Positions 48,225-59,917 of a stretch of DNA of 64,000 nt are shown here, in pieces. Both the position numbers and the translations under genes were made by a program. Source of the DNA: a virus; IMG/VR virus record IMGVR_UViG_3300035698_007355, positions 32,732-96,731 of that record; one strand, written 5' to 3'. Position 1 is the first letter of the stretch. Each line of letters begins with the position of its first letter. The notes beneath the pieces are model-generated. The model was not told the DNA's origin. It saw only the letters and a program-made list of their open reading frames with translations, and ran no database searches.

Positions 48225-49025
48225 ATGAAACATACAATATATACCGGGGATTCTCTAACGAGGGTCAAAGAATTGGATGGTAATTCTGTTCACTTAACTG
48301 TAACTTCTCCTCCATACTTTAATGCAAAATCTTACAATATGGAAAATGTGAATGTTGGTAATAATGAAAACTATAATGATTATCTTAATAAGATTAAAGG
48401 ACTTCTAATTGATTTGTTCGAAAAGACGGTAGCAGGCGGAATAGTTATTTGGAATACAAGTCCTGTAATTGATAATGGTAAACGATATGGTATACCATTT
48501 GATACAGATATATTATTTAGAGAAGTTGGATTTGAATTTCTTGAAGATATTATTTGGGTTAAACCAGATGGTGCTGCTAAATTAAGATGTGGTGGTTGGT
48601 ATCAGAACAAAGGACGACCAATGACATGGCACGCAAATATCAATACAGAATATATTATGGTTTATAAGAAACCAGGAGAAAGAGAACAAAAGGACTTTGT
48701 TAGTATTAGAAGTTATTACCCTGAAATCCCTAAAGATATGCTTACAGCAACATGGTATATCAATCCAGAAACAAACAAAACATTTCACGATGCGCCATTT
48801 CCAAATGAATTGGCTAAACGTTGTATAGTATTATATAGCTATCCAGGTGATACAGTATTAGACCCATTTGCAGGTACCTTTACTGTGTCCAGACAAGCTA
48901 GAGAATTAGGACGTAATTCTATTGGTATGGAATTATCACAAAAATATATAGATTATGGAAAAGAAGTAATGGGCTTTCATCAGAAGAGTCTATTTGGTAC
49001 ACAAGAAGAATATGAGGAAAAATGA
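48225..49025 (+). CDS. DNA methyltransferase (N4-C/N6-A, beta class)
   Basis: VTSPPY, HDAPFP, VLDPFAGT; start MKHTIY at 48225. Confidence 0.88.
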   Translation: MKHTIYTGDSLTRVKELDGNSVHLTVTSPPYFNAKSYNMENVNVGNNENYNDYLNKIKGLLIDLFEKTVAGGIVIWNTSPVIDNGKRYGIPFDTDILFREVGFEFLEDIIWVKPDGAAKLRCGGWYQNKGRPMTWHANINTEYIMVYKKPGEREQKDFVSIRSYYPEIPKDMLTATWYINPETNKTFHDAPFPNELAKRCIVLYSYPGDTVLDPFAGTFTVSRQARELGRNSIGMELSQKYIDYGKEVMGFHQKSLFGTQEEYEEK

Positions 49026-50349
49026 AAATAGACTTAGATGAATTGGTTGAATGTAGTAAATGTGGATGTGTCTTTAATTATTTAAAGGCATCTTATGAAA
49101 TTGAACATGAAACCGATAATGCAAGAACACCGATTTATAATGTCGAATGTCCTTGTTGTAAACATAAAGATAAAATTTGGAGTAATTAATTTGTTATACT
49201 ATTAAACGAGGAGTTGAAATTAAATGAAAATAGAAATGAAAAGTGAAGGATATGTTATTAAAGGAAATAATAAAGACGGAAAGTATACTCATCGTTATAA
49301 TTGGAGTTGGTTAAATCCATACTATCATATTAAGGGATATTTTAATAGAAGATTCCATAATAGAATATTTAAGAAATACCCACACATACAATGTCAAGGT
49401 TGTGGAGATGGAGTAATAGAATATATTATTAAAGACCCTAACAAAGATTATGATGTAACTAACTACAAATGGAGAGTTTGTAAAAATTGTGTTAATTTTT
49501 ATGACTTCCATATGAGTAAAAAAAAGGTGGAATTTAAATGATTAAGAAAGGAGATTTATTAGATGAACTACCTACAATCAATGGTAGAATAAAAGAATTG
49601 GAAGAAGAAATAAAAACTCTTATAAATTTAACATCAGCCCAAAATAAAACCATAATAAGTTATAGCCAGAAAATATATAACTTAGAAGTGGCTGTTAATA
49701 AATTAATAGATTTACAACCAAAAGAAGTGTCCACATCGACACCAATTCAAAAGAGGAAACGTAAATGAAAACGTGCAATGAAAGATTATTTCACGGAATA
49801 GATAAATACAATAATACTTTAACAAAAGTGTCTGGATATTGGAAAGATGGTGTTGCAGTAATTACTGAAATTACAAGAGAAAAAATTGTCAAACATTGGA
49901 ATTTAGCAGAAACTAAAACTTATGGTGATGAAGTTTGTGGGCACGGTTATGTTTTATACTCTGAACACCACGTTAAGAAAGTCCGAGATTTAATATTGAA
50001 AGATATTGATAAACGGTTTGACATTAATAATAAATGGATAAAAGAAATAGTTACAGATATTATACATTCAAGATTTGGAGATTTAAAATGAAAGGAATGA
50101 GATATAAAGATGACCCTTTAAATAGATGTTCAAATTGTGAACAATGTAATGAAGAATGTAATTGTGAGGTACACAAATGAAAGGAATGATTTTATGGGTT
50201 ATGACGAAAGTTGAATATGATGCTTATGGAAATGCTACGGTATTACAATCATTTGTAAAGCCAGCACACGATTCGCCTGTTAAAGGTAAAAAGAAATCAA
50301 TTAAAAGAACAACGAAAAAACCAGCCGTACAATCAGGGGAGACAAAACT

Positions 50350-51519
50350 ATGGTAAGAAATATTTTTCACAATGACTCACTCCAACTGTTTAACGACAAA
50401 ATGTTTAGTGGAATACTAACATTGGAGAATGTTATAAGTAAAAAGAAAACAATATCAGTTCCTAGAGATGATGGAACTAAAGATAAAGATAAATATTATG
50501 GATTCTTTCTTGAAAAAGGAAGAGATGTATTTTTCTTAGAAGATTTTCCAGATGATAAGTCAGTATTAGACTTATTACCTATTGTAGTAACTAAAAAGAC
50601 TGAAACCGACTACAATAAGAATGTATTTTACTTTATAAATGCCTATGATAGTGTTAAAATACCAGAAGTAAAAGCTATATCATTTACCGAATTGATAGAT
50701 ACTATGGCTGATTTCGAGCATACTAACGCTAAACATTGGTTATTATATAAGATAATGCTAACAACTGCTTGGGTAAATCGTATAAACTTTAGAGTTATAG
50801 CCGAGAGAGGATTTGGAAAAGATAGTGTAATTAATAATGTTAGAGATTTAGTTGGTGGAACAGCCAATATCTATGGAGCAACATTTGCTAAATTGGAATA
50901 TTCTTTGAAAAACCCACTATTAATATTTAATGAATTAGGTAACTTAAAGACCGACGATAAATTCAACCTACAACAATTCTTACTAGCTATCGGAGCTTAC
51001 TTTAACAAATACACTAAAAGAAGTAGAGCCACAGAAGATACTATGGAAGAATATGATATTAGCAAACAAAGTTTGGGTATTATTTACAACCCGCCTATGT
51101 ATTATGTAGAGAAAGGACAAGAGTTCTTTGATATGATGTTTACAAAGGCTGTTGCGAACAGATTTATACCATTCTATTTAGAAGGGGTATTAAGTGAAAA
51201 GTTCGATGCTGAATTTAATGTTGAGGAAGTAGTTATGACGAATATGGAAACATATAAGAAGTGTATAAGCACACTTAGGTATTATAAGAGCGTTCAAGTT
51301 ATGAACAAATTTCTAATACCAGATGATATTGAATTTGATGACAATACAAGACGATTTGAACGGTCATTCTTAAAGATTTGTGATTATATTAGTGAGTATG
51401 CCCTGGGAAAAGGAGATGATGCAGAAAAGATATATTACGAATTAGTATACGAGTTGTATAATTCCTATACTAAGTATGACTCCGTTTGTAGTGAAGCATT
51501 AGCAAAGGTGACAAAATGA
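50350..51519 (+). CDS. P-loop ATPase, candidate divergent replicative helicase
   Basis: AERGFGKDS (Walker A-like), LIFNE (Walker B-like), ANRF (Arg finger-like). Confidence 0.5.
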   Translation: MVRNIFHNDSLQLFNDKMFSGILTLENVISKKKTISVPRDDGTKDKDKYYGFFLEKGRDVFFLEDFPDDKSVLDLLPIVVTKKTETDYNKNVFYFINAYDSVKIPEVKAISFTELIDTMADFEHTNAKHWLLYKIMLTTAWVNRINFRVIAERGFGKDSVINNVRDLVGGTANIYGATFAKLEYSLKNPLLIFNELGNLKTDDKFNLQQFLLAIGAYFNKYTKRSRATEDTMEEYDISKQSLGIIYNPPMYYVEKGQEFFDMMFTKAVANRFIPFYLEGVLSEKFDAEFNVEEVVMTNMETYKKCISTLRYYKSVQVMNKFLIPDDIEFDDNTRRFERSFLKICDYISEYALGKGDDAEKIYYELVYELYNSYTKYDSVCSEALAKVTK

Positions 51520-52019
51520 TACAAATAAAAGCTATTGAAGATGTTAATGGATTTTGGAAAGAACGTTTTAGTTCTCCAACAAGGAATAAATTCTTTAAAG
51601 TAGAGATTAATGGAAAAGTATATGATAGAATGGAATTAACATATACTATCGATTATGAAAATGGGGAAACATTTGTATTTACACAAAGAGCTAAAGGAGA
51701 TAGTAAATGATGAAACAAGATATAATAATGAGTAAAGGAACTGTTAAATTAAATAATAAAATTTGTGGAAAAGTAGTAGATTTTTCCTTTATTATGAATA
51801 ACAATGTACAAACAATGAATATAGAAACTAAACGGGATTATAAATTTGAGATTACAATGAAACTACCATTAATTGATAGGATTAAACAATTCTTTGGTAT
51901 GAAAACAAGATTAGACAAAATGTTAGAGGAAATGAAATGAGTGATAATTACATTATAGAACAAAAACTTGATTGTATAAGAAGTTTATTAGAGAATATTT
52001 TAAAAGAGGTAAGTAAAGA

Positions 52020-52727
52020 ATGAAGATACACATAAAGAAAAATTTAAAACTATTCAAAGACGCTTTTACATTAATGGATAAAACAGGTAGGGAAATCAAT
52101 ATGATTTTTACTCCAGAAGGAGTATCAATGATTTGCACCGCTGCAAATATTACCGCTACTAAAGTAGAAATGGAAAAAGACTTCTTTGATGAATATGAAA
52201 TCAATGGAGATAAAGAAGAATACGGTATTATATTAGCAGAAATTACCGGAGCAATTAAAAAACTTGCTTATAATGAAATAACATTAGAAGGTAATGGAGA
52301 TACTTTAACTATTATTGGTGATGGAGCAAAATATGTAGCACCATTACTTACAAAAGCAGATACTTTAACATCTATGCCAGAAATTAAATTTGAACATTCC
52401 TTAGTTACAACACAAAATGCTTTAATAGGCGGTGTTAGTAAAATGGGATTGATAAAGAATGATTCTATAAAATTGTTTATAGAAAATAAAAAACTGATGA
52501 TGAAGGCAGCAGCGCAAGTTAGGAAAGTAGAAACAGAAATATGTGATGCTCCTGATATTAAAGCAGAGGTATTTATAGCAAAGAAAATACTAGGTGATTC
52601 ATTGGTTCAAAGCAATGACGATATTACATTATTTATTGGTAATGATTTACCATTAATGTTTAACATTGAAAAACCAGGGCTAAAGATTAGAACTGTTATA
52701 GCACCAAGAGTAGAAGAGAATTATTGA
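52020..52727 (+). CDS. pcn: PCNA sliding clamp
   Basis: 235 aa; F..EGVSM, FFDEYEI, DLPL, IAPRVEE. Confidence 0.85.
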   Translation: MKIHIKKNLKLFKDAFTLMDKTGREINMIFTPEGVSMICTAANITATKVEMEKDFFDEYEINGDKEEYGIILAEITGAIKKLAYNEITLEGNGDTLTIIGDGAKYVAPLLTKADTLTSMPEIKFEHSLVTTQNALIGGVSKMGLIKNDSIKLFIENKKLMMKAAAQVRKVETEICDAPDIKAEVFIAKKILGDSLVQSNDDITLFIGNDLPLMFNIEKPGLKIRTVIAPRVEENY

Positions 52728-53037
52728 GGTAAACAAAAATGATGAAGACATTTAAATATAAGGAAATAGAAATAGACGTAAAGACTAATTGGACAAAGAA
52801 TGGAGAATTATACTTTGGTGAAAAAGATATTAGAGCAACATTGGAAAATTCAGTTAAGAACACAAAATTTAATAAAACAGGCGATTCAACTAATGTATCA
52901 TTCCTGATAGACTTATATAATAGACTTAAAAAGGAAAACATTAAAGCTGAAGAAATAAGATATGTTAGTCTTAAATATAAAGGGTCTAAAATGACTGATA
53001 TGTCCGAACAACAAAAGGTAGAAGAATTCGAATAAAA

Positions 53038-53382
53038 ATGTGTTGGGTTGAAAGACTATTCGGAGAAGTTGAATGTGAAGAAACTGAAAACGAATACTGT
53101 GATGTATGTGAAACATTAGTTTTAGAAGAGTATAAGTTTTGTCCCGAATGTGGGCAATCCTTTTATGATGATTCTAATAATAGTTCATTAGGTTTTGATG
53201 AAGAAGATATATTTATAGAGGATGAAATAGAACCAGTAACAGAAGAAGAAACTGATACACTAAGGAGTACACACAATTATAAACGATATAGACCTAAAAC
53301 TTTCGGTAATCATAATGTAGCTAGAAAAATTGCTAGAAACAATAGAGGGTCTAGTCACGGTGAAGAGAAAACACTATGGTAA
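53038..53382 (+). CDS. Zn-ribbon protein
   Basis: CDVC...KFCPECG. Confidence 0.55.
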   Translation: MCWVERLFGEVECEETENEYCDVCETLVLEEYKFCPECGQSFYDDSNNSSLGFDEEDIFIEDEIEPVTEEETDTLRSTHNYKRYRPKTFGNHNVARKIARNNRGSSHGEEKTLW

Positions 53383-54059
53383 TACAAGAAACACTTAAAC
53401 AAATAGCAACCGAGTACCTCAATATTACAGCAGAAGAACTTGAGAAACGATTAACAAACGTAGAGAAACAAAAACGTATACAGAAAGATTGGAAAGATAA
53501 GAAATCTATTTTGGATTTTTATGAAACAACCGATACTTATATATATGATTTAATTGGATTTAATAATGATGAACGAGTAAATACATTACTATATCCTATT
53601 AGTGGATTAAAAGACTATAGAATACTAGATTATGGTGGTGGCATAGGTATTATACCTATGATTTTAGCGAAACGTAACACTACATATTATTATGATGTAG
53701 AAAGTAAAACAAAAGACTTCGCTAAATATTTGAATAGTAGGACAAAACATAAAACAACTATTATAGATGATGAAGACGAGGCATTTAAAAAAGATTTAAA
53801 TTGTGTAATATGTGTTGATGTTTTAGAACATTTAGAAGACCCTATGACTACAGTTAAAAAAATAACTAATTCTCTTAAAAAAGATGGTATATTTTTAACA
53901 ACTGGTTTAAATTTTAGTGTAGGTGAACATATACCAATGCACCTAGAAAAAAACAGAGAATTTGGTAAGGAATATGGTAAACATATAGATAAACATTATA
54001 AAATGGTATTTTATCATATAACAAAGAATGAGACAATTTATTTATTTGTAAAAATATAG
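53376..54059 (+). CDS. Class I SAM-dependent methyltransferase
   Basis: ILDYGGGIG, DVLEHL, LKKDG. Confidence 0.82.
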   Translation: MVIQETLKQIATEYLNITAEELEKRLTNVEKQKRIQKDWKDKKSILDFYETTDTYIYDLIGFNNDERVNTLLYPISGLKDYRILDYGGGIGIIPMILAKRNTTYYYDVESKTKDFAKYLNSRTKHKTTIIDDEDEAFKKDLNCVICVDVLEHLEDPMTTVKKITNSLKKDGIFLTTGLNFSVGEHIPMHLEKNREFGKEYGKHIDKHYKMVFYHITKNETIYLFVKI

Positions 54060-54069
54060 AGGAGATAGA

Positions 54070-54367
54070 ATGAATGAAAAATATTGGTATGAAAGAATAA
54101 TAGACACTATAACGCGAATGGAGAGATAATGTATTTAAAAAAAATAATTATACTTGCCAAATTACTAATATAATTGGCGGGAGATTGGTAGTACACCATT
54201 TAGAAGGTTTTAATATTAATAAAAAACTTAGATTAGATATTAATAATGGAATAACTTTAAGTGAAAAAATACACATTAAATTTCACAAACAATATGGTTA
54301 TAAAGATAATACATTAAAACAATTTATTGAATTTAAAGAGGGATATGAAAATGGATGTAATGAATGA
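54070..54367 (+). pseudogene. Frameshifted HNH endonuclease remnant
   Basis: Frame EWRDNVFKKNNYTCQ...VVHHL...NNGITL..H..FH has a stop at 54110 and no in-frame ATG. Confidence 0.6.
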
Positions 54368-55289
54368 TTTAGAAGTTTTGCCCGGCGTTGGAAAAAATAC
54401 AGCAGACAAACTTAGAGAAGGTGGAATACTTACGGTAATGGGAATTGCCACATCGACGCCTGGCCAAATGGCTGATGCCTGTGGAGTAACAGCCGCAGCA
54501 GCCAGAAAGATGATTAACGCTGCAAGAGACCTTTGTAAGCTAGGTTTTGAAAAAGGAACAGACTTAGACAAAAAACAAATGGAAGAGAAATATATTACCA
54601 CTAATTGTGAGACAATAGATAAATTATTAGGTGGTGGAGTAAGATTAGGAACAACTATGGAAGGATTTGGTATGTTTGCAAGTGGAAAAACTAATTTAAG
54701 TCACTTATTTGCAGTATCAACTATTAAACAATTCCCAGAAAGCTATGTAGTCTGGATAGATACAGAGAACACGTTTAGTTCTAAAAGGATTAGAGAGTTC
54801 TGTAAAGGTATGGAAGTTGACCCTGAACATATATTAGAACATATCAAGGTAGGTAAATGTATCAGTAGCGACCATCAAATATTATTAACAGAATCAATAG
54901 AGAAAGAAATAGTAGATGGTAGTGATGTTAAACTTTTAATTGTAGATTCCTTAATGAACCACTTCAGAGCAGAATTCTTAGGTAGAGGAACATTAGCTGG
55001 TAGACAACAAATGATTAACGGATATTTACATAAAATAGGTGCATTAGTTGCTAATTACAACCTCGCAGTGTATATGACAAACCAAATACAAAGCGACCCT
55101 GGCGCAATGTTTGGAGACCCAAACAAAGCAATAGGCGGAAACATAGTTGGCCATTTTGCAACTACACGTGTCTATATTAAAAAGGCAGCTAAAGGTACTC
55201 GTCGAATGGTATTGGTGGATAGCCCAGATATGCCAGAAGGAGATGCTTTATTTATGATTAAAGAAACTGAATTGGAGGCTGTAGAATGA
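54351..55289 (+). CDS. radA: RadA recombinase
   Basis: HhH LPGVG, GMFASGKT, IDTENTF, LLIVDS...FRAEFLGRGTLA.RQQ, IGGNIVGH. Confidence 0.92.
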   Translation: MDVMNDLEVLPGVGKNTADKLREGGILTVMGIATSTPGQMADACGVTAAAARKMINAARDLCKLGFEKGTDLDKKQMEEKYITTNCETIDKLLGGGVRLGTTMEGFGMFASGKTNLSHLFAVSTIKQFPESYVVWIDTENTFSSKRIREFCKGMEVDPEHILEHIKVGKCISSDHQILLTESIEKEIVDGSDVKLLIVDSLMNHFRAEFLGRGTLAGRQQMINGYLHKIGALVANYNLAVYMTNQIQSDPGAMFGDPNKAIGGNIVGHFATTRVYIKKAAKGTRRMVLVDSPDMPEGDALFMIKETELEAVE

Positions 55290-55701
55290 CTTTTGAAAAA
55301 GAATTCCCAAGTTTAAAAGATAAATGTTATATTAAATATTATGATGAGATTATTAATGAACGGTATATAGAAGAATGTTCTTGGATTCATTCGGCAGATG
55401 TTAAAGAATGTTGTCTTGATAAACAACGAGTGAAAGAATCTTTAAATAGAATAAGAGATGCTATACTTGACCCTGAAAGAAGTGGATTAACACAAATAGC
55501 TAATGAAAAAGAGGATTTTGGACTATGACATTTGAAGAAAAAATTAAAAAACGAATTGATTTCCAAAAAAAAAATGGTAGAAATTGGACATTATTAATGT
55601 TTAGATGTTATGATGAAAAACTAATTGAAGATGCCGGAAAACACTATTTAAAAAAAGAATTTAATTACAATGTTTAAAGAACCACAAAATAAAGAGGAAA
55701 A

Positions 55702-56220
55702 ATGAAAATATATACAAGAAATGGAGATTTAGGTAAAACTAAAACAATTAATAATGTAGAAGTAAATAAAGATGATTGTCTAATAGAAGTAAATGGAGAA
55801 ATTGACGCATTACAATCACAATTAGATAAAGTTCAATACGGACTGAATGTAATTCCAGGTTTTGCAAGACAATCTATATTGATTGGTGAAATACAAGAAA
55901 CGTTACGTTATTTAGGTGGAGAAATATCTGGCAACATTCCAAAAGACCCAATAAGTGATTATATTATAGATGATAGTTGGACAGAGGTATTAGAAACTGT
56001 AATTGATGAATTTGAATTAGAATTAAAAGAATTTCATAGATTTAGTAACCCTATAGCTATGGATATAGATGAAGCTAGAATAAGAACTAGAAAGCTTGAA
56101 AGAGTATTAACAGAATATTTAAGAACAAAAGGACTTAGAAAAGAAGTATACAAATTTATAAATAGACTAAGCGATTATCTTTTTGCTCTAGCAGTAACAG
56201 TGGATAACAAATATAAATAG
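55702..56220 (+). CDS. pduO: ATP:cob(I)alamin adenosyltransferase, PduO type
   Basis: KIYTRNGDLGKT, GEIDAL, RKLER, NRLSDYLF. Confidence 0.85.
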   Translation: MKIYTRNGDLGKTKTINNVEVNKDDCLIEVNGEIDALQSQLDKVQYGLNVIPGFARQSILIGEIQETLRYLGGEISGNIPKDPISDYIIDDSWTEVLETVIDEFELELKEFHRFSNPIAMDIDEARIRTRKLERVLTEYLRTKGLRKEVYKFINRLSDYLFALAVTVDNKYK

Positions 56221-56416
56221 GTGAAAAAAATGACAGGAAAACATGAAATATATATCGATAAAGATGGATTGCAATATGTAGATGCGTGTTTAAGATTTAC
56301 AGAATTTCATAAGATGTTATATGATAAATCTCATATAATGCTTAAATTAAGTAAAGCATTAGATAATTTAGATGTAGATAAAGCATTAGTATTGCAAAAA
56401 TTTTTAGGAGGCAAAA

Positions 56417-59400
56417 ATGTCAATGTACCTATGTGAAAACAAGCATACTGACACATCAACAGAAATATATGAATTTCATAGAAATAAAGATGGGACTGCT
56501 GAAACGCGTGTTATCAAGGCATTTAAGCCCTATTTTTTTGTAGATGAACAAACACCTATAGAAGGATTTGATGGTGTTATTAAGACTATAAAGGGCTTTA
56601 AATCGATTGAGGACACACAAGTCAAGAAAGTTATAGTTCAAAAGTCAAATGCTATTAAACCATTACGATTAAAAGTTGAAGAAATGGGGTATAAACATTG
56701 GGAAGCTGATATAATGTTTCCTAATCGTTACACAATAGACTTACCAGAAGATATTGAAGAAACTCCTTTAAAAGTATGCTGGATAGATATTGAAACAGCG
56801 CCGGAAGACACTTTTAAAAAAGGTGCTTATTTAGGTTGGGGAAAGTTCCCTGATGCTGAAGAGGCTGAACAAGCTATTTGTTGTTTAACTACTAAAATTG
56901 GTGATACAACTACTGTATGGCTATGTGGTCCTAATGATTATCCAGGAACTAGATATTTTAAATACGAGAAGAAGATGTTGGATGACTTCATCAAATTCTT
57001 TCACAAAGAATCTCCTGATATTATCAGTGCTTGGAACTTAGATGGTTTCGACTTACCATATATTATTAATCGTTGTAAAAGATTAGGTGTTGATTATAAA
57101 GGTCTTAGTAAGACTAGAGATATGTGGGAAAATGAATTCAAAGGTAAAAAAGAATACAAGACTTTTGGAACAATACAATTAGATTTATTAGATGGTTATA
57201 AGTTGTGGAGAAAATATGGTGGTTTACCATTACTCGCAAGTTATAAATTAGATTTCGTAGCAGAAACAGTATTAAATGATAGAAAATTAGACCACGGTAA
57301 GACAATAGCTTGGTTATGGAAGAACGATTTAAAGACGTTAATAGAGTATAACATACAAGACGTAGAACTATTAGATAAGATTAATAAGCGTTGTAAAGTC
57401 ATTAAATTCTTTGATAGCATTAGAAGAAAATGTAGAATACAATTTAATGATGTTTATAAAACAACAGCTATGTTAGATGGTTACTTTATTTCAAGATTAA
57501 AAGGAAGTATAATATTACCTACTTCAAAACATGTTAAAGGAGATAAATTTGGAGGAGCTTACGTATTTGACCCTGTACCAGGAGTGTATGACTATATCTT
57601 ATGTCAAGATATTGCCGCAATGTATCCAAGTATAATTAAACTATATAATATTTCATATGAGACTGTTGGTGGTGGTGATATAATTCTCCCACTTGAAAGT
57701 AAAATCTCATTTAAACGAGAACCAGGTATAATACCTAGATTCTTAGATGAATTAAAAGCTGAAAGGAATGAATTTAAGAAATTAAGAAAACAAGCTAAAA
57801 ACCAAATTGAATATGAATTATATGACCAAAGACAATTAGCAACAAAGATTATTATGAATTGTTTTAGTACAGATACTGATATTATGACCACTACAGGTAT
57901 ACAAAATATTAAAGATATTAAATTAGGAGATTCTGTATATTCTATAAACCCTAAAACTAAAGATATGGAAATTAAAAAAGTTATAAATACTTTTAAATAC
58001 AACTATACAGGAGATATGATACATATAAATAATCAAAATATTGATTTAATAGTTACCCCAGAACATAATATGTTAACAAATAACGGAGATTTTATACATG
58101 CTAATAAATTTAACCATAATCATGGAATACCATTACATAATAAACAATTACACACTACCTCCCCGGATTTTATAAATTTGTTTGCTTATGACGATGTAGA
58201 TAAATATAGATATTATTTAAATAAAACTAAAGATTTAAGAACTTTAAAATTAAAATTTCCAAATATTGAATTTAAAAAGATAAATAAAAAATGTTGTGAA
58301 GTATTACACGAATATGATTTAAAAACTTTATACCATAAAGGTTATGATGTTTTCGCAAAACCAAAAAGAAATAAAAATTGTAATAAATTTAGACCATATA
58401 TTAAACCAGAACTTTTTGCATCACTTGTAGGATTTTATGTAAGTGAAGGTAGTCTTGGAAAAACTGCAAAGAAAGGTAGAAGAGGAATAACATACAGTAT
58501 AGACATATCGCAAAACAAAGAAAAAAATCTTGAAACATATAAGAAAATTGAAAAAGTTGTAAATCAACTGGGTATAAAATCTAGAACTTATAAAGAAGTA
58601 ATATCGTTTTCAAGTGATATATGGTATAAAATTTTAAAAGAAACAGGTACAAATGCTAAAACTAAAACATTAGGACAATTTATAAATTTACCAACAAAAG
58701 AATTATTTGATGCTTTATATGAAGGTGATGATAATAAAAATATTAATAGATATAATACCTCATCAAAACTCTTAGCTGAAGAAGTTTTAGAATTAGTATT
58801 TAAACTTGGGTTTAGAGGTATGATAACACAAACAAAAGATAAATGTTATAGAATAAATTTCCAAAAACGTATGTGGAAACCACATGATTCAAGTATCAAC
58901 ACTATAAAAAATAATAGCAATGAAGTATATTGTATCGAAGTAGAAGATAATCATACTGTATTAGCAGGAAGAAATTATAAAATGTGTTGGACAGGGCAAA
59001 GTATGTTTGGATATCTTGGATTTCCAGGAGCAAGACTATATAAAAGAGCAGTTGCAGAAGCCATTACAGGAATGGGGCAATATATTATTAAGAAGATTGC
59101 TGAATGGTGTGAAGAAAGAGGTAATAAAGTTATTTATGGTGACACAGATTCGGTATATATAACGTCTACCTCATCAACGCCATATGAAGTAGTATTAGAC
59201 GGAGTAAACGTTGCTAAATATATTAATAAAAAATTAGAAGAATTCGCCTTACAATATGGTGATACAAACTACCTATTTATAGAATTTGAGAAAGGATTGA
59301 AAAGAGTATTGTTTACAGATGCTAAAAAAAGATATGCTTATACATTATTGTGGGACGCTGATGATAAATTCAAAGTGGATAAGAAAATTCACATACAAGG

Positions 59401-59917
59401 ATTTGACGCAAAAAGGTCAGACTCTAACTTACCATCAAAACAAGCACAATTAGAAGTAATAAAACTGATTATAGATAATAAACCTAAATCAGAAGTATTA
59501 GAATATTTGAGGAATTTAGAACATAAAATGAAAATTGGAGAATTTAGCGACGCTGAAATTGGTTTCCCTAAAGGAATAACAAAAGATTTAAAAGATTATA
59601 AACCACCGACACCTATAATTAAGGGTGCTGCATTTTCAAATAAATACTTTGACACTTCATTTGGAAGAGGTACTAAACCTAAATTCGTATACATTACAAC
59701 ATATAACGGACAAGACAAATATGTTTTTTTAAATAATAAAGACTATTTACTTGAAAGTATAACATACGATACAGAAATCCCCAAAGGATTTCAAATTGAT
59801 TGGGACAAAATGAGTGATAATACATTTAGAAAGAAATTGCAAAAAATATTTGACGCTGCTGGATGGGAATGGGAACAACTCTCAATGGTAGGTCTTAGTA
59901 GCTGGGGTGCAAAATGA
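56417..59917 (+). CDS. polB: Family B DNA polymerase, intein-containing
   Basis: DIET, WNLDGFDLPY, YNIQD, DIAAMYPS, KIIMN|SMFG, YGDTDS, KKRY. Confidence 0.95.
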   Translation: MSMYLCENKHTDTSTEIYEFHRNKDGTAETRVIKAFKPYFFVDEQTPIEGFDGVIKTIKGFKSIEDTQVKKVIVQKSNAIKPLRLKVEEMGYKHWEADIMFPNRYTIDLPEDIEETPLKVCWIDIETAPEDTFKKGAYLGWGKFPDAEEAEQAICCLTTKIGDTTTVWLCGPNDYPGTRYFKYEKKMLDDFIKFFHKESPDIISAWNLDGFDLPYIINRCKRLGVDYKGLSKTRDMWENEFKGKKEYKTFGTIQLDLLDGYKLWRKYGGLPLLASYKLDFVAETVLNDRKLDHGKTIAWLWKNDLKTLIEYNIQDVELLDKINKRCKVIKFFDSIRRKCRIQFNDVYKTTAMLDGYFISRLKGSIILPTSKHVKGDKFGGAYVFDPVPGVYDYILCQDIAAMYPSIIKLYNISYETVGGGDIILPLESKISFKREPGIIPRFLDELKAERNEFKKLRKQAKNQIEYELYDQRQLATKIIMNCFSTDTDIMTTTGIQNIKDIKLGDSVYSINPKTKDMEIKKVINTFKYNYTGDMIHINNQNIDLIVTPEHNMLTNNGDFIHANKFNHNHGIPLHNKQLHTTSPDFINLFAYDDVDKYRYYLNKTKDLRTLKLKFPNIEFKKINKKCCEVLHEYDLKTLYHKGYDVFAKPKRNKNCNKFRPYIKPELFASLVGFYVSEGSLGKTAKKGRRGITYSIDISQNKEKNLETYKKIEKVVNQLGIKSRTYKEVISFSSDIWYKILKETGTNAKTKTLGQFINLPTKELFDALYEGDDNKNINRYNTSSKLLAEEVLELVFKLGFRGMITQTKDKCYRINFQKRMWKPHDSSINTIKNNSNEVYCIEVEDNHTVLAGRNYKMCWTGQSMFGYLGFPGARLYKRAVAEAITGMGQYIIKKIAEWCEERGNKVIYGDTDSVYITSTSSTPYEVVLDGVNVAKYINKKLEEFALQYGDTNYLFIEFEKGLKRVLFTDAKKRYAYTLLWDADDKFKVDKKIHIQGFDAKRSDSNLPSKQAQLEVIKLIIDNKPKSEVLEYLRNLEHKMKIGEFSDAEIGFPKGITKDLKDYKPPTPIIKGAAFSNKYFDTSFGRGTKPKFVYITTYNGQDKYVFLNNKDYLLESITYDTEIPKGFQIDWDKMSDNTFRKKLQKIFDAAGWEWEQLSMVGLSSWGAK
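57860..58999 (+). mobile_element. Intein in PolB motif B (380 aa), C-terminal Gln
   Basis: CFSTDT...VTPEH...LVGFYVSEG...VYCIEVEDNH..WTGQ|S. Confidence 0.88.
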
